From: Octopus sinensis
Taxonomy: Eukaryota
DNA: 64,000 nt
Assembly (NCBI RefSeq): GCF_006345805.1
Contig: NC_042999.1
Coordinates: 100,564,001 to 100,628,000, forward strand
Direction of reading: 5' to 3'
A program made the translations under genes and the position numbers. This document shows positions 47,501-55,700 of this stretch, one piece after another. The notes below the pieces were generated by a model. The model ran no database searches. It was not told where the DNA came from and saw nothing but the letters and a program-made list of their open reading frames with translations. Position 1 is the first letter of the stretch; each line of letters opens with the position of its first letter.

Positions 47501-47663
47501 ATTATATAGAAAATATTTTTTTTTATAAAAAAATTGATTAAAAAAGCACACAATTAATTACCTGGAAACGACTGGATACATGCTTTGCTGCATTATCAAT
47601 AGCTTCAGCTTCTAACCTTCCAAGATCCAGCGGAGCTGGTGGTGTTGAGTTACTTTCTCTCAT
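9641..47663 (-). CDS. EXOC3: Exocyst complex component 3 (Sec6), complete multi-exon CDS, 23 coding exons, 756 aa
   Basis: Exons joined at GT-AG sites give one uninterrupted 2271-nt frame. Recognisable Sec6 motifs: [94 protein letters not shown]. Similarity judged from memory of vertebrate EXOC3. Confidence 0.96.
10200..10292 (-). CDS. EXOC3: EXOC3 coding exon 22 ([31 protein letters not shown])
   Basis: ttgcag|GGT ... AAG|GTCAGT; 93 nt. Confidence 0.95.
10380..10724 (+). mobile_element. 5'-truncated RTE LINE 3' tail with about 60-bp tandem units and (GAT)n end
   Basis: Shared tail ...GGTTGGCATTACAAGGGCATCTGGCTGTAGAAAC...CCAACCCATGCTAGCATGGAAAACGGACGTTAAACAATGATGATG. More than 20 related copies in the window, e.g. 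11726-11990(-), 13060-13210(+), 18110-18475(+), 25605-25850(-), 36180-36330(-), 36915-37130(-), 41730-41960(-), 42800-43000(-), 46300-46460(+), 46810-46930(-), 47220-47410(-), 56170-56358(-), 59490-59640(-). Confidence 0.85.
10747..10930 (-). mobile_element. Penelope-like (pLTR-type) short element with degenerate hammerhead-like motif
   Basis: Minus strand CCTTT-CTGTGGA-A-GAG attagg CTC-AAAAC-GGT-AAAGAC (10876-10838); starts next to an (AT)n tract. Confidence 0.45.
11510..11706 (+). mobile_element. Penelope-like (pLTR-type) short element with degenerate hammerhead-like motif
   Basis: GTTT-CCGACGA-A-GAGC tcc GCTC-GAAAC-GTC (11575-11605); ends next to an (AT)n tract; CpGs retained. Confidence 0.5.
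12380..12830 (+). mobile_element. Decayed RTE LINE reverse-transcriptase C-terminal fragment
   Basis: Broken translation matches the SLEVVDSFCYLxDQxSSGxG..ARIRI..LATKGLS..LYxACVR..ETW region seen in the better copies at 47.8 kb and 52.7 kb. Confidence 0.65.
13823..13900 (-). CDS. EXOC3: EXOC3 coding exon 21 ([26 protein letters not shown])
   Basis: tcacag|GAC ... ACT|GTGAGT; 78 nt. Confidence 0.94.
14419..14629. mobile_element. piggyBac-like MITE
   Basis: TTAA on both sides (14415-14418, 14630-14633); terminal inverted repeat CCTTTTAGCATT / AATGTTAAAAGG. Confidence 0.7.
14898..15009 (-). CDS. EXOC3: EXOC3 coding exon 20 ([38 protein letters not shown])
   Basis: ttacag|G ... AAG|GTAAAA; 112 nt. 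Confidence 0.95.
16022..17042 (-). mobile_element. Decayed, internally deleted mariner (Tc1/mariner) DNA transposon
   Basis: TIRs CACGAGGATGTACCCAAAAAACACTGGAAT and (reverse complement) CACAAGGGGGTGCCCAAAAGTAACTGGAAA; TA at 17043-17044. Minus-strand fragments [58 protein letters not shown] (YSPDLAP motif), with stops and frameshifts. Confidence 0.9.
17329..17481 (-). CDS. EXOC3: EXOC3 coding exon 19 ([51 protein letters not shown])
   Basis: ctttag|G ... AA|GTAAGT; 153 nt. Confidence 0.95.
19068..19145 (-). CDS. EXOC3: EXOC3 coding exon 18 ([26 protein letters not shown])
   Basis: ttccag|G ... TG|GTAAAT; 78 nt. Confidence 0.92.
19222..20056 (+). mobile_element. 5'-truncated RTE LINE (ORF C-terminus, 87-bp tandem array, tail)
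   Basis: [51 protein letters not shown], then tandem units and (GAT)n tail. Confidence 0.88.
20366..20544 (-). CDS. EXOC3: EXOC3 coding exon 17 ([59 protein letters not shown])
   Basis: caccag|ATT ... GG|GTATTC; 179 nt. Confidence 0.9.
21744..23067 (+). mobile_element. Helitron 3' fragment: disrupted RepHel PIF1-family helicase plus terminal hairpin and CTAG
   Basis: FFLDAPG(frameshift)TGKTF Walker [34 protein letters not shown] Walker [34 protein letters not shown]. In-frame TAG 22653-22655. GC-rich hairpin GCCCCGAGCATCGCCGGGC 23038-23056, then CTAG 23064-23067 followed by T. Confidence 0.92.
24047..24103. repeat. (AT)n(GT)n compound microsatellite
   Basis: Direct reading. Other tracts: (AT)n 10316-10351, 10726-10746, 11707-11725, 38552-38609; (GT)n 18019-18050; (GA)n about 12130-12212 and 59954-59981. 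Confidence 0.95.
24943..25013 (-). CDS. EXOC3: EXOC3 coding exon 16 ([24 protein letters not shown])
   Basis: ttccag|TT ... ATG|GTAATC; 71 nt. Confidence 0.92.
25996..26362 (-). mobile_element. Full-length tRNA-derived SINE (OR-like octopod family)
   Basis: Head GGCGCAGGAGTGGCTGTGTGGTAAGTAGCTTGCTTACCAACCACATGGTTCCAGGTTCAATTCC (A/B-box-like), CCTTGGGCAAGTGTC core, internal microsatellite, AAAAGAGTA tail. Other copies 24112-24330, 38196-38551, 52793-53154, 53290-53480, 59720-59915, 15620-15780, 17610-17770. Confidence 0.85.
26566..26598. repeat. (ATG)n trinucleotide tract forming an RTE tail
   Basis: About 11 units; source of the poly-Met in spurious ORF 26319-26612. Confidence 0.9.
26905..26998 (-). 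CDS. EXOC3: EXOC3 coding exon 15 ([31 protein letters not shown])
   Basis: gtgtag|TTG ... T|GTAAGT; 94 nt. Confidence 0.92.
27669..27761 (-). CDS. EXOC3: EXOC3 coding exon 14 ([31 protein letters not shown])
   Basis: ttgtag|GAC ... AAT|GTAAGT; 93 nt. Confidence 0.93.
29249..29315 (-). CDS. EXOC3: EXOC3 coding exon 13 ([23 protein letters not shown])
   Basis: ttttcag|A ... AAA|GTAAAT; 67 nt. Confidence 0.9.
30002..30097 (-). CDS. EXOC3: EXOC3 coding exon 12 ([32 protein letters not shown])
   Basis: tttcag|T ... GA|GTAAGT; 96 nt. Confidence 0.92.
31959..32032 (-). CDS. EXOC3: EXOC3 coding exon 11 ([24 protein letters not shown])
   Basis: ttccag|TTG ... GA|GTAAGT; 74 nt. Confidence 0.93.
33140..33223 (-). 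CDS. EXOC3: EXOC3 coding exon 10 ([28 protein letters not shown])
   Basis: tttcag|ACA ... CAT|GTAAGT; 84 nt. Confidence 0.92.
34877..34982 (-). CDS. EXOC3: EXOC3 coding exon 9 ([36 protein letters not shown])
   Basis: tttcag|A ... AAG|GTTGTA; 106 nt. Confidence 0.95.
36014..36127 (-). CDS. EXOC3: EXOC3 coding exon 8 ([38 protein letters not shown])
   Basis: ttccag|A ... AG|GTCTGT; 114 nt. Confidence 0.95.
37322..37470 (-). CDS. EXOC3: EXOC3 coding exon 7 ([49 protein letters not shown])
   Basis: ttttag|ACT ... AG|GTAATC; 149 nt. Confidence 0.95.
37655..37819. mobile_element. 165-bp rearranged (fold-back) insertion flanked by a 12-bp direct repeat
   Basis: AAAGAGAGAGAT at 37643-37654 and 37820-37831; internal segments present in both orientations. 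Confidence 0.6.
38005..38760. mobile_element. Nested SINEs: older plus-strand OR-like SINE (38005-38170 and 38630-38760) interrupted at its microsatellite by a younger minus-strand copy (38196-38551)
   Basis: Head and tail halves of the plus copy lie on either side of an intact reverse copy. Confidence 0.75.
38830..38911 (-). CDS. EXOC3: EXOC3 coding exon 6 ([28 protein letters not shown])
   Basis: ttgtag|T ... AAT|GTAAGA; 82 nt. Confidence 0.94.
39011..39441 (-). mobile_element. Head-to-tail pair of tRNA-derived SINEs with a Deu/Nin-like central domain
   Basis: Two about 205-bp copies, each ending in ATAAT-type simple repeats; core GACTTTGCCTTTCATCCTTTCAGGGTCGATAAATTAAGTACCAG on the minus strand. 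Many further copies, e.g. 5712-5866, 8806-8950, 8975-9180, 32890-33030, 44000-44100, 58050-58190, 58555-58735. Domain name assigned from memory. Confidence 0.75.
40162..40376. mobile_element. piggyBac-like MITE nested in a dispersed repeat copy
   Basis: TTAA at 40158-40161 and 40377-40380; TIR CCATTTTGATACC / GGTAACAAAAGGG; host repeat resumes on both sides. Confidence 0.75.
41052..41158 (-). CDS. EXOC3: EXOC3 coding exon 5 ([35 protein letters not shown])
   Basis: ttgtag|CTG ... TA|GTATGT; 107 nt. Confidence 0.94.
42493..42583 (-). CDS. EXOC3: EXOC3 coding exon 4 ([31 protein letters not shown])
   Basis: ccag|C ... CAG|GTTTGT; 91 nt; phases fit both neighbours. Confidence 0.88.
44504..44616 (-). 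CDS. EXOC3: EXOC3 coding exon 3 ([37 protein letters not shown])
   Basis: tttag|GCT ... AG|GTGAG; 113 nt. Confidence 0.95.
45277..45333 (-). CDS. EXOC3: EXOC3 coding exon 2 ([19 protein letters not shown])
   Basis: ttttag|AGG ... AAG|GTATCT; 57 nt. Confidence 0.95.
45790..46200 (-). mobile_element. Young RTE 3' tail with four about 62-bp tandem units
   Basis: (CAT)n start, near-consensus tail, units GGTGCTTTTTACGTGCCACCGGCAC...GAACGGAT, abundant intact CpG. Confidence 0.88.
47562..47663 (-). CDS. EXOC3: EXOC3 coding exon 1 ([34 protein letters not shown]); exon including UTR starts at 47683
   Basis: Acceptor ttttgcag, ATG at 47663, donor CAG|GTAATT; 102 nt, phase 0. Confidence 0.88.
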
Positions 47664-47828
47664 TGAGGAAATTTCAAAATTTACTGCAAAAAATGAATAA
47701 ACAACAAAATATTAATAAAATTTAATCACAAATTTTAAATAGAAGACAATCTTGTCTTATCGCTGACGTTTGTTCAAGAGTTTGTAGACATTTAAATTTT
47801 ATATGCATATTTGAAAGCATGGCAGTGA

Positions 47829-48901
47829 AAATAAGAATAGGCTAGACAAAGTTCGGTGAGCTCCTACCTCTGTTGGCAACAAAGGGCCTCTCCCACAGAC
47901 TAAAAGGCAGACAGCATAATGCCTGTGTGCGAACAGTTATGCTACACAGCAGTGAAACATGGGCTGTAGCCATCAAAGACATGTGGAAGCTTGAAAGAAA
48001 TGAAGCTAGCATACTTCATTGAATGTGCAATGTCAGTGTACATGTATGATAGAGTATACGTATCTTGAGAGAAAAGTTGGGTATAAGAGGCATTAGATGT
48101 GGTATGCAAGAGAGACAACCTGCGCTGGTATGGTCATGTGATGTGTATGGACGAGGACAGCTGTGTAAAGAAGGGCTGATCTCTAACTGTGGAGGAGGTA
48201 AACCCAGAAAGACATCGGACAAGGTGGTGATTATCTTTGAGCGTTGGGCCCCATGAAGGCAATGACTAGTGACCGAGAATTTTGGCAATATGCCGTGCTT
48301 GAGACGACCCATCAAGCCAGTGTCATGTAACTGACACCCATGTTGGTGGCATATAAAAGCACTTTTTGAGCATTGGGCCTCACAGAGGCAATGTGACTGA
48401 CGGTAGTGTCACATAACTAGCACCCATGCCAGTGGAATATAAAGAGCACCTTTCAAGCATTGGGCTTCACAGAGGCAATATCATCAATACCAGTGTTGCA
48501 TAACAAGCACCTTTCATGCATTGGGCCTCACAGAGGCAATGTGGCCAATGCAGGTGTTGTGTAACTAGCACTTGTTCTGGGGGCACATAAAAAGCATCTT
48601 TCCAGGATTGGGCTTCATGGAATAAATGACAAATGACCAAAACCTTTGGCAATATGCTGTATTTGAGTAGAAGACCCATCAAGCCCAATGAAATTGCAAT
48701 TGTGACAGATACGAGTGTTATGCAACTGGCACATAAAAGCACCCATTACACTCTTTAAGTGGTTGGCATGAGGAAGGGCATCCAGCCATAGAAACCTTGT
48801 CAAATCAGACTGGAGTCTGTGCAGTTCCTCAGCTTGCCAGCCCTGGTCAAACCGTCCAACCCATGCCAGCATGGACAAAGGACATTAAATGATGATGATG
48901 A
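47829..48901 (+). mobile_element. 5'-truncated RTE LINE in EXOC3 5'UTR intron (antisense to the gene)
   Basis: KFGELLPLLATKGLSHRLKGR..ACVRTVMLHSSETWAV..LERNEAS..LREKLGIRGIRCGMQER..LRWYGHVM; tandem array; (GAT)n tail. Confidence 0.9.
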
Positions 48902-49771
48902 CATACATACATATACATATATTGGCATTACCTTGAATATGCTAGGCCATACTATCCCTGAAGGTCTCTCCTGGCAATAGTACAACCTTAACAAAGCTAG
49001 CATTCTTCAAGGCTCAGGTAAGACAAACAACAGAATACTGCTCTCAAGGGTCGGACGGTGCTGCTACTACAGCTAAACTGAGATAACCTAACCTGCATCC
49101 AGAGAAAGGTTACTCACTGAAACGCCCACCCTCCTTCCTACAGTTGTTTGTTTCTATAACCTGCCTTTTTTTTTTAACGCTACTATAATGGTCTCTGTTA
49201 ACCAGAGCTAGGTCGTCTCGTACCGCTTCTGCTCAGGCATTCCCGGCTCACTCGTCTCTTTTCCTTTCGTCTATGTTGTGTCTATCCTTAACGACAGGTA
49301 CGGTGCAAACCACAACTCCCGATGGTTTCTCCCTAAAAGTTTTGACCCACGAGAAATCTCTCCCTGTGAATTTCGACTGGCAACAGTTTAAGCAGAACAT
49401 TAATACCATCAATCATACTGATAAAGGAGGACTTGCGACGGTCATGAACAGTGGATGCGAAACCATTGGTCACTATATGACCAGACATATACTTAACACA
49501 TACACACACACAAACTTGGGTTTTGTCAACTGAATCTGGAATTACTATTTTAATTGAAAGACTGTTTTCTTTTTTCAAGAAGAAAATTCAGAGTTCCACA
49601 AAGTATCTTTAAAACGTGATATTGATTACAAAAGCATTTGACAAGTGTTTGTTATTTCATCGTATCTGTACTACAAGTAAAAAAATATACGTAAATATAT
49701 ATCGTCAGTGGTTACAGAAATTACAATAATTCATGAATTATAATATAATAATAAATGTTTGTTGTACTTAC

Positions 49772-49900
49772 GATCGCAAGAGTATAAAACAATTTATCAT
49801 ATCACGTAAATAAACAGTTTAATATATAAATGTCGAGAAAAATCATTAAGTATCAAATTAAACGATTTCCTGTCTCAAGGGAGGTAATTCTCATCTTCAA
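49772..49900 (-). promoter_or_regulatory. EXOC3: Probable non-coding first exon and promoter-proximal region of EXOC3 (5' end unknown)
   Basis: Consensus donor ATC|GTAAGT at 49771-49766; CpG dinucleotides locally retained (about 49.1-50.4 kb); coding exon 1 has an acceptor and so needs an upstream exon. Confidence 0.55.
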
Positions 49901-52119
49901 ATATTTTGCAACTCACAAACTAAAGATTTTCATTTTTAACTCAAGAAAACGTTACTTCTCAATTTACTTGGTGTACAGATAGGCATTGTTCTGTAATCAG
50001 CAACGCGTGTGAAGAGACAAGTTTTAAGTCCCTCTTTTATTTCTTATTTCTTGAAAAACGTGCTATCATATCTGCCCCCGACATCTAAACAGAAAAGGAC
50101 ACATTGCACAGTGTAGTAGTTTTGGATATACAAAAAAAACATGGGACGGTCGTATAAAATTGCTAAATACGTAATGTGTAAAATAGTAGATGTTTTTATT
50201 TAATCCTATGTCGGCTTTGATTGTTTCTGTCAATGCATCTCGTATGTCTGCATATCAAGGACTACAATATGGAATTTTTTAAAGATGCAAGAGTGTGATT
50301 TGGGGAAAATTTGGTTGCTATTTCTAGCAGGTCGTGTTACCGTGAAGCGCCGTCATTGGCTCACTTTTCACTGAGTGTGCCTTTATTGTTACTCCAAAGT
50401 TCCTCTAATCCACTCCTTTTTATTATACCCCTACTTTAAGAGCAACCATAGATTTGGTGTTTCTAATGTATGTCTTAATGTACAGGAATTTTGGCAAAAC
50501 GTATTTTGCAAGATAGTGACTGATTGTTCCTCGTCTTATTTGTCAACTTAAGATGTATCTTCAGTCCAAGATTACGATTTATCACTTGCAGTAGAAGCCA
50601 CCAACCTCATTCCCATCTAGGAGACACCTGTAGTTAGACAATTTAACAACTTCCCAGTTGTGCCCTCTGTTTATTGACAGCTACATGCTTAGTGGGCCTA
50701 TAGTTCATCTAAAGAAAACTTTTATTTGTTAAACGTTCTTTCTCTAGAGAACTATAAGTGAATGAGATTAAAAAGTTCATCAAGACTATATGAACACACT
50801 AGCAAGAGTTGTTCGGGTCCTGAGGTTACAACATCAAAGTTCCCTGAACATTTTTCATTTATGAGTGATTTTGGCAAGTGCCTTCTACTTTTGTTCCGGG
50901 TGTCTCTAAGATTCTTGAATCATGCTTACTCGTAATTAAATTTAGGAACGAATATGAATGTTGTGGATATAAACTTCTTTCAGAATTCCCCTCATACAAA
51001 TTTGTATCTGTATATATCATTGGTCACAGGTAGTTGCAGACCCTAAGAGCACTGTTATGCATGTTTAAGGAGCATGTTACATTATTCTGATCTAGATTTC
51101 TCACATCAAGCATTTTCTCGTGTTTTTATTTCAATTCATAAACAGTTTGTGTTTTGTATTATATTGTAAAATTTTATGAACAAGTGTTCAGGGTCCTGAG
51201 GTTACAACATCTAAGTTTTCCAAACATCCTTCTTTTATAGGTGCAGACATAGTTTGTGGTTAAGAGGTTCGCTTTGCAACTGTGTTCATTGAGGGTTAGG
51301 GTGCGACATCTACTTTAGCCCGGGCTGGCTGAGACAATTGGGTGGAACATTGTCACATGTGTGACAACTTGACAAACTGAGCGGTGGCAAGACAAGATTA
51401 ACTGGGTATTTACCAAACTTCAAAAGAAGTATTCGCAGCAATTTGAGCGACAAAACAGTTCAAGAGGGTGCCCTAGCATGACTGCAGTCCAAAAACTAAG
51501 ACAGGTCAAAAAATTATACTAAAACAATATTGCGGAACTATGAACGATAAGTCATGGCGTAACCACAAGTGACAAACATGAAGAATATTCAGGAACTGCG
51601 GGCGATATTGGGAGCATTATATTTCTATGTTAGTTACATTCATTGGTATATGCTATATCTATAAGTTCTTATTGTGGGAAAAATTACATTCAATTTTCAC
51701 AATACGCTGTTTATAGTTAATGTACAAGGAGCAAGAATTAAGCAAAGTTATCTCCCTTTGTTTTGAAGTTCTAAACTTTTCATGTCTGCAGACTATTTAC
51801 ATTTTTTCTCCCCTTTAAGTTGAGCAATTTCCAAAAGTTCATTCGGATGTAAATTATTACTTCTAGTCCTAGTTTGAATGATTCAGCATATCTAAATCCG
51901 ATCGTTTGACCTCAGTTTGCTGTATCTCTATTCCCCGCAAGTTGATTTCTTTTTATCTCGGCAACATCCCATCTACTCTTATCTTTTGCTTCTTGTTTTA
52001 GTCATTGGGTTGCAGCAATGCTAGGGTACCACCATGAAAGGTTTAGTTGAAGAAAACAACCCCAAGACTTATATCTTAAAGTTTGGTACTTATTCTATAG
52101 GTCTTTTTTCACCAAACCA

Positions 52120-52790
52120 ATCATCGTTTAATGTCTGCTTTCCATGCTAGCATGGGTTAGACGGTTTTGACGTTGGAGCAGTTCACACTCCAGTTGTCTA
52201 TTGTGACATGGTTTCTAAGGCTGGATGCCCTTCCTAGCGCCAACCACCTAACAGAGTTTACTAGGTGCTTTTTATGTGGCACCGGCACCTGAAAGGGCAT
52301 GCCAGTATGAATGGAAGACAGCAATTTTACTCAGCTTGACATGTCTTATCAAGAAGTACAGTAAATCGTCACATCTCCTGGTCCCTTGTCATTTCCTCAG
52401 TGAGGCCCAGCATCTGAAAATCCATTCTAACCACTTCATCTCATGACTTCCTGGGTCTACCCCTTCCCCAATTAGGTCAGCCGTCCTCACCCAACCAAAC
52501 CACCAGTCTTCTTTCTTGCACACATCTGAAGCCACTTATACTGTCATATCTCACTACCATGTAATATAGCTGTACGTACACAAGCATCATACAATGTGCC
52601 TTTCACTCTAAGAGAGAGGTCCTTAGTTACTAACAAATGTAGGAGCTCTCTGAACTTCGCCCAGATATTCTTATTCTAGCAACTACACTTTCAGAACTTC
52701 CTTCACCACTGCTAACTTGGTCTCTTAGGTAACAAAAGCTATCTATTACTTCTAATGACCCCCGCCCCAAGCATTTGAGGGAGTCTATTG
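52120..52790 (-). mobile_element. Internally deleted RTE LINE fragment
   Basis: GSLEVIDSFCYLRDQVSSGEGSSESVVARIRI in ORF 52630-52839, GRGRPRKSWDEVV-like region, tail ending in (CAT)n. Confidence 0.8.
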
Positions 52791-55700
52791 TCCTTCTTTT
52801 ACTTGTTTCAGTCGTTTGACTGCAGCCATGCTGGAGCACCGCCTTTAGTCAAAGACATCAACATCAGGACTTATACTTTGTAAGCCTAGTACTTATTATC
52901 GGTCTCTTTTGCCAAACCGTTAAGATACAGGGACATAAACACACCAGCATCGGTTGTCAGGCAATGGTGGGGACAATATATATATATATATATGTGAGCT
53001 TCTTTCAGTTTCCGCCTACCAAGTCCACTCACAAGGCTTTGATTGGCCCGAGGCTATGGCAGAAGACAGTTACCCATGATTCCATGCAGTGGGACTGAAC
53101 CCAAAACCATGTGGTCTGGAAGCAAGCTTCTTACCACACAGCCACGCCTGCACCTATGTCTCGATTCTAGAAACATGATTACTTGTAAAAATGTGAGCAT
53201 TTTTAGTGCTTATTGTACCTGCACATCTTCCATACACAAACCTTCCTGTGACTACTACACCTATATAGTGGTATCAGGAAGGTTAACGGAGAATAAATTA
53301 CATAGATGGAAACAAACCAACACTGGTGGGAAACAAGGCTTCTCTCAGTTTCCATCTACTACATCTGCTCACAAGGCTTTGGTTAGTCTGGGGTTATAGC
53401 AGAAGACACTTGCCTAAGATACCATGCAGAGGGACAATCCAAAATCATATTGGGAAGCAAGCTTATCATACAGCCATGTAAGAAAAAAAAAAAAAAAAAG
53501 TATCAGGAATATATGAATTACACCGCTAATGTTTCAAGTATGTTTATGAACACACTAGTTCTCTCAACAACTCAAACCTAGTTTTTATGAATGTTGCAAT
53601 TGAAAATTACTTTTCATTGAGTAAATTGCTGACTGATTTCAACCTGCATTGTATATGAACATTTGGAAGTACATGTATTATCATATTGAAACAGTGTACC
53701 ACTGAAACTGGTACTGATCTACCTTTTGGTGGTATGTAGGAAATAAAAAACAAAGTAATATTCCATTATGCATACAAATAAAAAAAAAATTTTTTTTCAT
53801 AAAATACAAATTTATTCTTCAAATTATTACAGCTTTCCTTTATATTTATTTATGTGAAGAAACAGATGACTATACAAATTTTCAACACTCATTTTTCAAA
53901 CAAACTAGCCAAATTTGCTTCAACATAAGTATTTTTGACTTCAAAGGCCGAAATTATAAGGGGCAAAAGAAAACATAAAGACAGGCAAATGTGTTGGTAT
54001 GTACAAGTAATGAGAAAAAACAAGATCAATTAGGTATGTGTTCTGAATATTGATGGAACTTACGGCAGGTGCAGACCAAAGTCAAGTCATGTATGAAAAT
54101 ATTGGGTATTACTGACAAACCCATGCTAGCAAGGAAAGCGGATGTTAAACAATGATGATGATAATGAGTGACAAAAAGGCACAAAACCAAGACCTCACAG
54201 GCCTGACATGAAGTAGAAATGCTAACTAAAACCAAACAAGAAACAAAGCCCACAAAATAACTGCAAAAACAGAAGAAATTATGTGGTGTATCACTGACAA
54301 GATGAAAAAATTTGCTAGTGAACTACTATACAAAGCTAGACTTAACTGAGAATATGCCAGTACAGGAACTTGTAAATCAAATTTGCAACATTAATCCTCA
54401 TTGGAAATTACAAGAAATAAGAAACTATTACACGTATTTTCAAAGTTATATGGTGTAAACATCTAAATTACTAATATAGAACTGAAATGATATATCTAAT
54501 AAAGCACATATTGTAGGATCACTAGCTATGTTGCATATCTCTCCATAACTGCACTAACAGAAACATCGAAGACTCCATTTACAGCAAAAACTATAACATT
54601 GAATGAGTGTATTTTTCAGATAAATGCCGAGAAAGACACAGTGAGAACAGACATGAAATAATAATTTGCTAGATAAAGCAATCACATTTCCTTGAAATCA
54701 TACTTTACGATCAGAAAAACATGCTAGATAAATGCAATTTTAGATGTATAATGTTCTGCTTAAAAAAACCAAAAACATGATGGTCAAAGCAGGAATGCTT
54801 TTGATCATAATAGGGCAAGTCAATCAAACCTAATGAACAAGATTTTGACAAAGTAGCTAGAAATAATTTTTTAACTTTAGGAATGAAAGCTTTATCCTAA
54901 TGAATAGTATTTTGTCTCATAAAATAAATAGTACTGACCAATATGGTGGATGGAAAAAATCCTAGAAACCCAAAAGATTGTTTCCCCACCAGCCCTGCCT
55001 TCAATTTCCATAGACAATTGTCTAAAAATACTGTGTATCATTGTTCTGGTATATCTTCTACCATTGATTCTAACTTTTTATTAAACATTGTACAGAATAT
55101 AACTGAAAAAAATTCTCTTGTTCTGATTTTGGATGATGACACTGCAATAATGTATACAGAAAACTGAGGTGAATTATGTTTGCAATTACAATGAAAAAGG
55201 TGATTGCAAGAATCATGAAAGCATTGGACATCAACTTCCATTAGAGCTGACTTTGCCTTTAATCCTGTTGGTAAAATGAGTACCAATCAAGTGCTCCAGT
55301 ACTGGTTTCAATATAAATGAATCCCCACCACCATCACAAAGTGGCCTTGTGCCAATGAAAGAATTCAATAATAACGATTTCCAACTCAAGCACAAGGCCA
55401 TAAGTTTTTTTATATTAATGATGAATAAAGTTAGTCATTTAAATCAATTCCAGAGGGAAGCAAGGTAAAGTTGACCTCCATGGGATTTAATCCTTTTGAT
55501 ATGAACCTGGCTGTAGCCAGCTGAAAATTTTTTGGTTCATAAGAACAACCTGGCCAAGAGTACCCATTGTTATTTAAATGTGAATTTAAGCACAAATCTT
55601 GTTAGTGCATTTGTAAAAATACATGATTTCACTTTGTAAATAGTTGAGTTATAGTATCCGACATTGCTTGATGTGATATCTGAACTCAGTGAATTTTGGG

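Noticed and set aside
55038-55045. TGA read as selenocysteine in EDIPEQ*YTVF
   Set aside because: No evidence that the frame is coding and no SECIS identified; noted only as part of the 54-56.5 kb island.
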